Shown: positions 1 through 8,072 of the stretch, piece by piece
Numbering within the stretch: position 1 is the stretch's first letter
Layout: each line of letters opens with the position of its first letter
DNA from: a virus
Direction: 5' to 3' (one strand)
DNA length: 64,000 bases
IMG/VR virus record: IMGVR_UViG_3300030099_006944
Span: 1 to 64,000 of that record
Notes under the pieces: model-generated
Told to the model about the DNA's origin: nothing
Database searches by the model: none
Seen by the model: the letters and a program-made list of their open reading frames with translations, nothing else
Translations under genes and position numbers: made by a program

Positions 1-1
1 T

Positions 2-760
2 CGCCAAGGTATCTTCGAGTTGTGCGACAGCCGCAAGATCGCAGGGTATACCCTACACCCTGACACCCTTATCTTTGCTTGTGTAAACGGCGGAGAGCAC
101 GGTGCTCAGTATCAAGTCGGGGAGTTTGACCCTGCGGAACTTGACCGTTACACCTGCTTCGATGTTCAGCCTACTGTCGAAGACTGGCTCGAATGGGCAG
201 ATGGTAACGTAGTTGAGCAAGTCTGGGACTTCATCAACCAGAACCACCAACATCTTGAACACAAAGACGACTTCGAGCCTAACAAGGTTTATCCTTCTCG
301 TCGCTCTTGGGTTCGCCTTTCCGATGCTCTGCTTTCAATGGGTGGTGAAATCAAGTCAACTCCTGTGCTTTATCACCTTGCCTCTTCTTTCATTGGCTTC
401 GAAGGTGCGGTTGCTTTCAATGACTTTGTTGCAAACTACAAGAAGATTGTGACTGTCGAGAACATCTTGGATGAAGGTAAGTTGGAACTTACCAAAGAGT
501 TCAAGATCAACGACCACAACGCTCTCATCGAGAAGTTCAAGCAGTCTAAGTGCTTCGATGATAAGTTGTCTGCCAAGCAGCTAAAGAATGTAGCCGAATA
601 TATGGTCACTCTTCCTTCGGAAATCGGCATGTCCTTCTGGACTGTGATTGCCTCTGGTTCGGAAGCGAAGCATAACGCCGCTGGTGTTCATGGTATCAAT
701 CTGTCTAACGGAACTTCCGTTAAAGACTATATGATTGAAATCCTTGGTGCTAAAAAGTAG
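2..760 (+). CDS. MoxR-like AAA+ ATPase, 5'-truncated by window edge
   Basis: Frame open from base 2 (RQGIFELCDSRKIAGYTLHPDTLIFACVNGG). Motifs DPAELDRY and YPSRRSW are typical of phage MoxR-type AAA proteins; a VWA partner follows. Confidence 0.8.
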   Translation, partial: RQGIFELCDSRKIAGYTLHPDTLIFACVNGGEHGAQYQVGEFDPAELDRYTCFDVQPTVEDWLEWADGNVVEQVWDFINQNHQHLEHKDDFEPNKVYPSRRSWVRLSDALLSMGGEIKSTPVLYHLASSFIGFEGAVAFNDFVANYKKIVTVENILDEGKLELTKEFKINDHNALIEKFKQSKCFDDKLSAKQLKNVAEYMVTLPSEIGMSFWTVIASGSEAKHNAAGVHGINLSNGTSVKDYMIEILGAKK

Positions 761-785
761 TCGAGGTGCTCGAAGGGATAGGGTT

Positions 786-830
786 GAGGACAGTTTTTGT
801 CCTCGACAAATCCCCAAATCATGATACATT
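786..830 (+). promoter_or_regulatory. Early-type promoter with operator-like palindrome
   Basis: GAGGACA-gtttt-TGTCCTC (786-804) overlaps TCGACA; 16 nt spacer; tgaTACATT; then TATAACCC and GGAGG. Confidence 0.65.
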
Positions 831-862
831 TATAGTATAACCCAAAACAATGGAGGTCGTCA

Positions 863-2101
863 ATGACTACCGATGACAAAACAAAACCAAAGTTTGACTT
901 GAACAAACACACTTTCAAGTTGTTACAATCTGAACCCTTCTTCGCTGGACTATCTCGACGTATCCACAAAGTGGAAAGTTATGCCATTCCTACGGCTGGT
1001 GTGATGATTGACAAGGAAACTGCACAGTTCGTTATGATGTACAACCCTGACTTCTTTGCTGACCTTCCAGAAGAACAGCGTCTTGGTGTTCTTATGCACG
1101 AGTTCTATCATCTTATCTTTGAACATGTTACTGGTCGCCTACCCCCCGAGGGTATGAGCAAGATGTGGAATGTAGCCACAGACCTTGCGATTAACTCCTT
1201 CTTGGTTGGTAAACTTCCCGAAGGTGGCTGTATCCCGACACAAGAGCCGTTTCAAGACTATCCTCTTGAAAAGTCTGCTGAGTGGTACTTCTCGAAGTTG
1301 CAGAATGATGAGCAGTTCAAACCCAAAGATGGCGATGGTGAAGGGCAGGGCGAAGGTGGCGAAGGTCAAGGCGACCCCTCCGAAGGCAACGGCAGTGGTT
1401 CTGGTCTGCCTGACAGCCTCGACGACCACAGCGGCTGGGGTGAAGTTGACCAAGAGACTAAAGCTATGGCTGAAGAGCGTTTGAAAGACGCTATCCGCAA
1501 GGCTACCGATGAAGTCAACTCTGGCGGTCGTGGCTGGGGTTCGGTATCTCAGGGTATGAGAAAGAAGATCCAAGACATGGTTACACCGAAGGTGAACTGG
1601 CGGTCTGTGCTTCGCTACTTCGTGAAGACTTCTCAAAGAGCCAACAAACGCTCCACAGTTCGGAGGATAAACAAACGTTTTCCATATATCCACGCTGGGA
1701 AGAAGGTCAATCGAACAGCCAAGATTGCTATCTCTATCGACCAGTCGGGTTCAGTCTCTGATGAAATGCTCTCCATCTTCTTTGCTGAACTCAATGGGCT
1801 TGCAAAGTATGCAGAGTTCACCGTTGTTCCCTTCGATACTGTTGTTGCAGAAGATGAAGTCTATGTTTGGAAGAAAGGGAAACGTCGAGTATTCGAGCGT
1901 GTCTCTTGCGGTGGTACTTGCTTCAATGCTCCGACCCGCTGGGTCAATGAGCGTGGCTTCGATGGTCATATCGTCTTGACCGATATGGAAGCCCCAAAGC
2001 CGATACCCTCGAAGTGTCAGAGAATGTGGATGACTACTCCTGAGTGTGCTTCTCGTCCATACTTCACTACAAATGAGCGTGTTATAGCAGTGGATAAATA
2101 A
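863..2101 (+). CDS. HEXXH metallopeptidase-like plus C-terminal VWA domain protein (DUF2201-like)
   Basis: VLMHEFYH; WNVATDLAIN; Gly/Glu linker; MIDAS ISIDQSGSVS; GGTCF. Confidence 0.85.
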   Translation: MTTDDKTKPKFDLNKHTFKLLQSEPFFAGLSRRIHKVESYAIPTAGVMIDKETAQFVMMYNPDFFADLPEEQRLGVLMHEFYHLIFEHVTGRLPPEGMSKMWNVATDLAINSFLVGKLPEGGCIPTQEPFQDYPLEKSAEWYFSKLQNDEQFKPKDGDGEGQGEGGEGQGDPSEGNGSGSGLPDSLDDHSGWGEVDQETKAMAEERLKDAIRKATDEVNSGGRGWGSVSQGMRKKIQDMVTPKVNWRSVLRYFVKTSQRANKRSTVRRINKRFPYIHAGKKVNRTAKIAISIDQSGSVSDEMLSIFFAELNGLAKYAEFTVVPFDTVVAEDEVYVWKKGKRRVFERVSCGGTCFNAPTRWVNERGFDGHIVLTDMEAPKPIPSKCQRMWMTTPECASRPYFTTNERVIAVDK

Positions 2102-2120
2102 GCCCGTAAGGGCTTCTCTT
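2101..2120 (+). terminator. Probable intrinsic terminator
   Basis: AGCCC-GTAA-GGGCT hairpin plus TCTCTT directly after the stop codon. Confidence 0.5.
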
Positions 2121-2175
2121 CTCCTACCCTACCTACACCCCTATGAACCTTCACAAATGCCTTATAGGAGCGTTT

Positions 2176-2535
2176 ATGAGCCTTAAAATACAAACAATCT
2201 TGCTTGCTACTGGTGAGAACAGCAAACAACTGTTTACAACCCCATGTGAGTTCCTCTATCCTCTTGCTGTACATCGTACCATTGACGAGACAAGGGAAAA
2301 GGAAAGAGGTGAGCGGTTGCGGTTCTCTAAGAGAGTTGCGGTATCTCACTTGCTCACTGGTGGTCAACTTGCTTTGTGTCACAACTACGAAGATGCTTTT
2401 GCTTTTGCAAAGGCTCTACATGAAGAAGAAATCTTCCTCATGCCTACCATTGACCTACTCACCACCCACCCAGACTGGGCAAGGGTAGCCGAAAAGGTTC
2501 GAGATCTCAAACATTCCTTGTGTGCGATAACATAG
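2176..2535 (+). CDS. Hypothetical protein
   Basis: GGAG precedes ATG 2176, which is in frame with the track ORF at 2143. Confidence 0.55.
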   Translation: MSLKIQTILLATGENSKQLFTTPCEFLYPLAVHRTIDETREKERGERLRFSKRVAVSHLLTGGQLALCHNYEDAFAFAKALHEEEIFLMPTIDLLTTHPDWARVAEKVRDLKHSLCAIT

Positions 2536-2554
2536 AACTTTTTTAACTTTTTTC

Positions 2555-2583
2555 TTGACAAACTGCTCTCAATCAGATAGTAG
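2555..2583 (+). promoter_or_regulatory. Sigma70-like promoter
   Basis: TTGACA-17nt-TAGTAG, then TATAACCC and GGAGG before 2614. Confidence 0.55.
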
Positions 2584-2613
2584 TATATATAACCCAAAGC
2601 CACGGAGGAAATC

Positions 2614-2913
2614 ATGGCATACTTTACAACTAACGATGGAGTAATCGACTACTTCTTAAATCAAAAGCCTGCAAACGCTGGACGCTTAAAGACAGATGGG
2701 CAATCACTCTTCTCTTATGACTTGCGGATTGCTGAACACGTCCCACAAGATGATGGTTCTGCTATCACGATAGTCTATGACTATACAAGAGGCGGCAACG
2801 CTTATAAGTCACAGACCACTTCAAGCCACGTTGGCTTGATCAAGCGGCGAGTTCCTAGGAGAAACGTTATGTTAGTCGAGGCGGCTAAAGCTGCTGGTCT
2901 TATTGGCGGCTGA
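2614..2913 (+). CDS. Hypothetical protein
   Basis: GGAGG RBS and promoter upstream; 99 aa. Confidence 0.7.
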   Translation: MAYFTTNDGVIDYFLNQKPANAGRLKTDGQSLFSYDLRIAEHVPQDDGSAITIVYDYTRGGNAYKSQTTSSHVGLIKRRVPRRNVMLVEAAKAAGLIGG

Positions 2914-2914
2914 T

Positions 2915-3085
2915 ATGTTTCTCGTTAAACATTTTGAAAGAGGATATGGACATGCGACAAAGGATACTTCATATAACGGTGGGATTGGTTATTTTGTGCG
3001 GTTTTTCGACCGTTATGATCATCCAGTCTATTTCACGGAAACGTCCTTCACCTACAAGGTGTTAGAGTTTGTCGAGGAAGAATAA
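2915..3085 (+). CDS. Small hypothetical protein
   Basis: ATG directly after the previous stop; fills the gap to the next promoter. Confidence 0.55.
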   Translation: MFLVKHFERGYGHATKDTSYNGGIGYFVRFFDRYDHPVYFTETSFTYKVLEFVEEE

Positions 3086-3086
3086 A

Positions 3087-3143
3087 AACGGACAGTTTTT
3101 GTCCGTTCCTTCTCTTGACAAATACTTACTATCAGGATACATT
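3087..3143 (+). promoter_or_regulatory. Early-type promoter with operator-like palindrome
   Basis: AACGGACA-gtttt-TGTCCGTT (3087-3107); TTGACA (3115)-17nt-TACATT (3138). Confidence 0.75.
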
Positions 3144-3175
3144 ACTAATATAACCCGAAAAGACTAGGAGGTCTT

Positions 3176-3454
3176 ATGGAAAAATACTTCACTGTTGAGC
3201 ATTACAAATATGGTATCGGAACTGCTATTTTAATCAAGCACCGAAGGAAGAGACAAGACGACTTGTTCATGTGTTCTTTCAAAGACTTGAAGGGTCAGCG
3301 GTCATTCTACTGTCGTAAGCACTTTGATGAAGGTGATGAAGTATGGTGGAGCGATGGAACTCCTAGGAAGCGTCGCAAGACAAAATCCAGACAAGAAGAG
3401 TTGGAAGATGCAATCAGAGGCTTCTTTGTCGGCGGTCAGCCGATTAACTCTTAG
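3176..3454 (+). CDS. Hypothetical protein
   Basis: GGAGG RBS and promoter upstream. Confidence 0.65.
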   Translation: MEKYFTVEHYKYGIGTAILIKHRRKRQDDLFMCSFKDLKGQRSFYCRKHFDEGDEVWWSDGTPRKRRKTKSRQEELEDAIRGFFVGGQPINS

Positions 3455-3459
3455 GCTTA

Positions 3460-3696
3460 ATGTTTGAGGTTGGAGATCTTGTAACAGTGGACAGCGAAGC
3501 CCTTCGCCTCCATGTTCACTTAAACGTCTACAACCAGTGGAAAACTTGTGAACTCGGCATCGTCGTTGGTGTCGAGGGATACAAGAACCAAGCAACGCTT
3601 CTGGTCAAGGTCTACTTTACCAGCTTAAGCAATGCTTATTGGCTTCATGCTCATGAAGTTATTCCCGTTGTCTCCCAGATAGCGGAGGACAAATAA
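3460..3696 (+). CDS. Small SH3/KOW-like VGDLV family protein
   Basis: MFEVGDLVTV...LGIVVGV. Confidence 0.65.
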   Translation: MFEVGDLVTVDSEALRLHVHLNVYNQWKTCELGIVVGVEGYKNQATLLVKVYFTSLSNAYWLHAHEVIPVVSQIAEDK

Positions 3697-3700
3697 AAAC

Positions 3701-3743
3701 GGACACATTCTGTCCTTGACTTTTTCCCTCATCGTGATACATT
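3701..3743 (+). promoter_or_regulatory. Early-type promoter with operator-like palindrome
   Basis: GGACA-cattc-TGTCC abuts TTGACT-16nt-TACATT. Confidence 0.7.
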
Positions 3744-3774
3744 ATATATGTAACCCAAACAAATGGAGTTCACT

Positions 3775-3990
3775 ATGAACATTACAGAAGTTAAAATAGG
3801 AGACATTCTCCTCAACGAATGCAACGTAGGCAACGAAGTTCTAATTGTCACCGAAGTATCGTACAATTGCTCTCGTTATGGTGCGCCTTACATAGCAACC
3901 AAAGTAATCAAGTCTCCTGTCTATGGCAAGGACAAAGAGAAAGTGTTTACAGGGATCTCTCTACTTCAAGGCATATCAAAAATCGCATAA
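3775..3990 (+). CDS. Small VGDLV-like protein
   Basis: GGAG before ATG 3775; EVKIGDILL. Confidence 0.6.
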   Translation: MNITEVKIGDILLNECNVGNEVLIVTEVSYNCSRYGAPYIATKVIKSPVYGKDKEKVFTGISLLQGISKIA

Positions 3991-3992
3991 AC

Positions 3993-4035
3993 GGACATTT
4001 TATGTCCTTGACTTTTCCCCGAAACGTGATACATT
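3993..4035 (+). promoter_or_regulatory. Early-type promoter with operator-like palindrome
   Basis: GGACA-tttta-TGTCC abuts TTGACT-16nt-TACATT. Confidence 0.7.
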
Positions 4036-4065
4036 ACTTATATAACCCCAACAAAAGGAACTAAG

Positions 4066-4248
4066 ATGATTGACAAGATTTGGCAATACCTTAACAACAC
4101 TCCTGAACCAGACTATGACAGACTGGTTCAGATCCAGCAATGGATAGTTCACAGAACATCAACAACAACCGATCAAGACGAGGTGCATGACCTTCTCGAA
4201 CTTGATGAAGCAATCGACGAAATCATCTACGCTTTGGAGGCAAAATGA
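4066..4248 (+). CDS. Small helical hypothetical protein
   Basis: Promoter and AAGGA RBS upstream; ATGA overlap with the next gene. Confidence 0.6.
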   Translation: MIDKIWQYLNNTPEPDYDRLVQIQQWIVHRTSTTTDQDEVHDLLELDEAIDEIIYALEAK

Positions 4249-4469
4249 GATTACGACTTAAATCAGGCGATTTGGTTCGCAACCAATGGACAGGGGAACT
4301 CTTCATAGTTATATCACAAGGATACAGTTATGTCGATGCTACCGACACCAGAGGCAAAGAAGTCAAGTTGAGAACTTGGGATCTCGAACTGTTCGATGGT
4401 ATCGACAGATGGATTACTCACAAAGACCTGACCTTCTGCACTGAAACTCTTCAGCCTACTTGGGATTGA
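4245..4469 (+). CDS. VGDLV family protein
   Basis: LKSGDLVRNQWTGELFIV. Confidence 0.6.
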   Translation: MRLRLKSGDLVRNQWTGELFIVISQGYSYVDATDTRGKEVKLRTWDLELFDGIDRWITHKDLTFCTETLQPTWD

Positions 4470-4471
4470 TG

Positions 4472-4633
4472 ATGTTGCAGGTAGGTGATTTAGTCTTAGA
4501 CAAAGAACTCGGTGAACTGGCGGTAGTTATCGAGATTAGAAACGCGCTCTATGTTGTGCGCTCATTGGAAACTGGCTGTGCATATCCTGTACCGTGCGGA
4601 TTAGCAGATGAAGAATTGGAGAAGATAGCATGA
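4472..4633 (+). CDS. VGDLV family protein, 53 aa (not in ORF track)
   Basis: Hand translation: MLQVGDLVLDKELGELAVVIEI...EELEKIA. Confidence 0.6.
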   Translation: MLQVGDLVLDKELGELAVVIEIRNALYVVRSLETGCAYPVPCGLADEELEKIA

Positions 4634-4803
4634 ATATAGGTGATTTAGTAAAATGTTTAATACTCGGTGAGTTGGGAATACTCATTGATTTTCACTGGGA
4701 GGACACAGAAGATGAAGTCTACGCTGTTGTCCAACTAGCCGACAACTCAACGGTTCTATGCTCTTATGAGGATATGGAACTGATAGCATGCTCAAACCCG
4801 TGA
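4630..4803 (+). CDS. VGDLV family protein, 57 aa (not in ORF track)
   Basis: Hand translation: MNIGDLVKCLILGELGILIDF...EDMELIACSNP; ATGA overlap. Confidence 0.6.
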   Translation: MNIGDLVKCLILGELGILIDFHWEDTEDEVYAVVQLADNSTVLCSYEDMELIACSNP

Positions 4804-4810
4804 GGACAAT

Positions 4811-5101
4811 ATGACACCAACAAATAAAACTCAATACTTAGCAGTCCTTCTCGGACTAGTCGGAAAACACTTCGAGGATCTAACCAAAAACCAAGAGGTA
4901 GCAATGGTGAAGGCTTGGAACTGTCTAGCTGATAGCGGCGACCTTCCAGCATTGCAACATGCGCATGCTCTTGCTGGACATCGGATCGTCGAGATAGTTA
5001 AAAACGAAAACGATAATGATCCAGACAGTCAAATCGCTGCATCGAAGGGTCATATCGATGATATAATAAATGAACTTCATACCATCTTGGAGGCAGAATG
5101 A
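4811..5101 (+). CDS. Hypothetical protein
   Basis: GAGGA RBS; tightly packed operon. Confidence 0.6.
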   Translation: MTPTNKTQYLAVLLGLVGKHFEDLTKNQEVAMVKAWNCLADSGDLPALQHAHALAGHRIVEIVKNENDNDPDSQIAASKGHIDDIINELHTILEAE

Positions 5102-5286
5102 AGAAAAAAATACAAGTAGGCGATTTAGTAAAACACCTGAGAAGCCGAGGACAACTGACGCTTGGAGTAGTAACAGCAATAAGAGGAAACATTGTAGAAG
5201 AAGTTTATTCTTGCGATGTTCTTTGGAGTTGCGGGAGACACAGCGCACACCCAAGTCAATGGCTGTGGCTATTGGAGGCAGAATGA
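5098..5286 (+). CDS. VGDLV family protein
   Basis: IQVGDLVKHL...LGVVTAI...DVLW. Confidence 0.65.
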   Translation: MKKKIQVGDLVKHLRSRGQLTLGVVTAIRGNIVEEVYSCDVLWSCGRHSAHPSQWLWLLEAE

Positions 5287-5465
5287 AAGTAGGAGATATG
5301 GTTGTTGAAAGGAGATTAAGAGCACAGCCATTCCATCGACAACTCTCGATAGTGGTTGGCTTATCGGAATCTCCATACGCGGCGACGACAAGGAAGGTGA
5401 AAGTGCAAAACATTCGCACGGGTGGCATCTACTGGCTTAGATGGTGTGACGTGGAGAGACTATGA
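5283..5465 (+). CDS. VGDLV family protein
   Basis: GGAGG then MKVGDMVVER; true start lies inside the track ORF at 5070. Confidence 0.6.
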   Translation: MKVGDMVVERRLRAQPFHRQLSIVVGLSESPYAATTRKVKVQNIRTGGIYWLRWCDVERL

Positions 5466-5644
5466 AATCAGGAGATCTAGTGAAAAGAGCCAACTGGAAG
5501 GTCGGTGGAACTAAGGAAACAATAGGAGTGATTATCCAAGAAGGGATAGGGAATGACTGTGTTCAGGTTGTCTGGGCGCACGGAGAAATCGTCTGCATGT
5601 CAGTGCAGGACTTAATACTGATCGAAGCATCGGAGGACAAATGA
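5462..5644 (+). CDS. VGDLV family protein
   Basis: MKSGDLVKRA...IGVII...VQVVW. Confidence 0.65.
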   Translation: MKSGDLVKRANWKVGGTKETIGVIIQEGIGNDCVQVVWAHGEIVCMSVQDLILIEASEDK

Positions 5645-5835
5645 AAAATAAAATAATCTTTATACGTGATATACATAACGGTGAATATGGACATGCTTGG
5701 CTAAGAGAAGCCACAGCAAGAAAACCAGAACATTATGAAGTAAGACTACTGAATGACTACGACAATAGTTCTATCCATTCAGTACCTACGTTTTTTATAT
5801 ATTATGAGGTGTTAGAGAATGAAGAAAGAGATTAA
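5641..5835 (+). CDS. Small hypothetical protein
   Basis: GGAGG RBS; ATGA overlap. Confidence 0.55.
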   Translation: MKNKIIFIRDIHNGEYGHAWLREATARKPEHYEVRLLNDYDNSSIHSVPTFFIYYEVLENEERD

Positions 5836-5983
5836 AGCAGGAATGCTTGTTAGCCGTGGTTCACTTCTTTTGTTAGTGATAGAGATAGGGAAGAACTATT
5901 ACAACGGCTTCGCGTTATGCTGTACAGTTGATAGCGATCCCAGTGAGTTCTGGATTGATAAATGCTTGTTGCATCCCGTGTGA
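5819..5983 (+). CDS. VGDLV-like protein, 54 aa (not in ORF track)
   Basis: Hand translation: MKKEIKAGMLVSRGSLLLLVIEIG. Confidence 0.45.
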   Translation: MKKEIKAGMLVSRGSLLLLVIEIGKNYYNGFALCCTVDSDPSEFWIDKCLLHPV

Positions 5984-6041
5984 ACCGATCTTCTACCCTA
6001 GTACCCCCCTACCCGATGCCCACTCTTTTAACATTTTATAT

Positions 6042-6059
6042 TTCCTATAGCTATAGGAA
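6042..6059. repeat. Perfect 18-bp palindrome
   Basis: TTCCTATAGCTATAGGAA is its own reverse complement. Confidence 0.9.
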
Positions 6060-6297
6060 CACCCGACAGAGCGCAGGAAAGAGCAAGTGTCAGATGCGCA
6101 TTCAAGCGCGTTAAACGTGTATGTGCGCATTTAGTGTGCTGTGTGAGTGTGTTGACCTGTCCAAGTCAATAGAAGGGCTTGTAGGCGTGTTGTGCGTCTG
6201 TGTAAGCGGTGTGTGTATGTGCTAGGTATGGTGGGAACAAGAGCATTCACGTCGTGTTCACGGGGCTTATAGGCGAAACTCCCATATGTATATAGCG

Positions 6298-6313
6298 TGT
6301 TACGAGCGTAACA
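6298..6313. repeat. Inverted repeat TGTTACG-ag-CGTAACA
   Basis: Read directly; the half-site recurs at 6426, 6494, 8173 and 8263. Confidence 0.8.
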
Positions 6314-6539
6314 GCCGAAACTCCGAGGGAAATAAAGTGGAACTCTTAGGGAGACTATTGACTAACCCCCCGATTTTATTGAGGTTTTTCATTTCAACAT
6401 TTTTGCGCTGTGTATACATGAGGCGCGTAACAATGAAACAAGTTTCATTCAATGCAAGCGACGTGAATGTGAGAGTAACGAAACACCTCCCGATGTTACG
6501 GAAATCCGAGGATCTCTTGACAAGTTCTTGACAAAATAC

Positions 6540-6617
6540 TTTACATAACTATAAGGAAGGGAGTTGTCAAGCAAATGTAAAAATTTTACATAACTATACG
6601 AAATACTTTACATAACT
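6540..6617. repeat. Three direct repeats of TTTACATAACT
   Basis: Copies at 6540-6550, 6585-6595 and 6607-6617. Confidence 0.85.
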
Positions 6618-6658
6618 CATTTAAATGTCAAGAAGTTGTTAAAAGAACCCCATAAAGT

Positions 6659-6686
6659 TTGACAAACGCTTTCAACGTGATACATT
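6659..6686 (+). promoter_or_regulatory. Early-type promoter without palindrome
   Basis: TTGACA-16nt-(tga)TACATT; GGAGG before 6727. Confidence 0.7.
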
Positions 6687-6726
6687 ATATATATGAAACG
6701 CTGTTGTTTCACTTCTCGGAGGTCTT

Positions 6727-7026
6727 ATGACTACTATTCAACCTAACTTTGTTGCTCTCACTCCTTGCCGCTCTCAACTTGTCGGCTGTCATAACCACTC
6801 TTCTGCTGTCGCCTATGCTACGGGGCGTTTACCAGAGAAGGATAACACCCGTCAGCCGGTCACTGTCGAGGTCACAGCTTTTGTCTCTCCCCGTGGTCAA
6901 TACTACGTTATGCACGGTAACCAACGGATGGACGTTGCAAACGCTTCGACGGCTCGATACTACGTTAAAAATGGTGTACCTGTTTCCGTTATGCTTGATG
7001 CTTCTCTTTCAACTCTCAACCAATAA
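6727..7026 (+). CDS. Hypothetical protein (weak ParB/Srx-like YYVMHGNQR motif)
   Basis: Strong promoter and RBS; the domain guess is weak. Confidence 0.6.
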   Translation: MTTIQPNFVALTPCRSQLVGCHNHSSAVAYATGRLPEKDNTRQPVTVEVTAFVSPRGQYYVMHGNQRMDVANASTARYYVKNGVPVSVMLDASLSTLNQ

Positions 7027-7039
7027 CCCGAGGTCATAC

Positions 7040-7141
7040 ATGGATTATATTATCGTTGCTTTCCTTGCCTATCTAGCAGGTTCTTTATCTATCATCTTTT
7101 ACTTTGAGTATTTACAACTCTTAGAGGATAGACATGACTAG
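7040..7141 (+). CDS. 33-aa single-TM peptide
   Basis: GAGG RBS; MDYIIVAFLAYLAGSLSIIFYFEYLQLLEDRHD. Confidence 0.5.
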   Translation: MDYIIVAFLAYLAGSLSIIFYFEYLQLLEDRHD

Positions 7142-7251
7142 CCTGTATCTCTTCCTTCTCTTTCCTCTCTTCTATTTCATTCTGTGCCCTTATCTTATTT
7201 CCTTGGAGGCTTCATGCGACTAAGACCATATAAATAATATTTTTTTGTTCT

Positions 7252-7305
7252 CGGACATATTCTGTCCGCTCTTTGTTTGACAACCCTGTATCACCATGAT
7301 ACATT
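7252..7305 (+). promoter_or_regulatory. Early-type promoter with operator-like palindrome
   Basis: CGGACA-tattc-TGTCCG; TTGACA (7277)-17nt-TACATT (7300). Confidence 0.75.
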
Positions 7306-7356
7306 ATATATAGAGGTTGGGAATGGTTCTCTTCTCTCTTTCGCCTTGGAGGCATT

Positions 7357-8022
7357 TTGACTACTACTACTGAAAATACTAACTCTCCCGCTTTTGTTAC
7401 AACCCCGCGTGGCTCGCGCATTCCGAAGACTGGTACTCTCGCGTACCATTCATCCATCGGCTTCTGCGATGTTATCGGGCGTGTAGGTGAGCGCGTTCGT
7501 ATCCGTGTGACAGATTTCTCTGAAGCTACTGATGTTGTTCTCGCCGCTGGTACTAAGCAAGAGCGTACAATCTCGCGCTCAGACTGGTTGCTACGTGTTG
7601 CCGAGGCTTCCGATGCTGCCGCTCTTGCAGAGTGTGCTCACTACGATGCCCGTGGTCAGGACGATACCGATGCACTCTACGGTGCTTCTCCTATGATACG
7701 TCAGTTGCAAGAGAGCGTAATGTCTCGATGCCGCGCGGCTACTGAGATGCTCGTTGCTATCGATGGTGCGGAGGCTATCGGCTGGGAGTTTGACGAGTAC
7801 CTCACAGAGCGTCCAGCGTCCGAGCGTAAGCGTGGTAAAGCCCCAGCACCTCGACCGTATAAGAAGCCTGCTTCTCGTGTCGGTACTCTCGAAGATCCCA
7901 CTAAGCCTGATTGGCTCGTGGCTGAAATGAATGAATGCTTCGGTGATATGTGGACGCCTGCTAATCCCGAGCGTGACGAGGCTTTCAATGCTTATGTTAA
8001 AGAGCACAACCCTCGCGCATAG
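7357..8022 (+). CDS. Hypothetical early-type protein
   Basis: GGAGG plus TTG start; 221 aa; promoter upstream and terminator downstream. Confidence 0.7.
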   Translation: MTTTTENTNSPAFVTTPRGSRIPKTGTLAYHSSIGFCDVIGRVGERVRIRVTDFSEATDVVLAAGTKQERTISRSDWLLRVAEASDAAALAECAHYDARGQDDTDALYGASPMIRQLQESVMSRCRAATEMLVAIDGAEAIGWEFDEYLTERPASERKRGKAPAPRPYKKPASRVGTLEDPTKPDWLVAEMNECFGDMWTPANPERDEAFNAYVKEHNPRA

Positions 8023-8072
8023 CCCATAGCTATAGCTGCCTAACTCTCTCGCCCTTACTACTTACCTACCGC

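Noticed and set aside
5070-5282. N-terminal extension of the 131-aa track ORF
   Set aside because: It overlaps the 5098 gene; GGAGG and the family motif place the start at 5283
6286-6531. 81-aa ORF in the non-coding block
   Set aside because: No RBS; runs through the repeat elements; no protein-like motif
6540-6617. Direct repeats as a mini CRISPR array
   Set aside because: Repeats are only 11 nt with 34- and 11-nt gaps, not CRISPR geometry
6749-7039. Signal-peptide-like 130-aa ORF
   Set aside because: Alternate frame over the 6727 gene; only the RBS-supported last 33 codons were kept
786-7268. GGACA-N5-TGTCC as intrinsic terminators
   Set aside because: Mostly no U-tract, and a fixed position at -35 boxes fits an operator better
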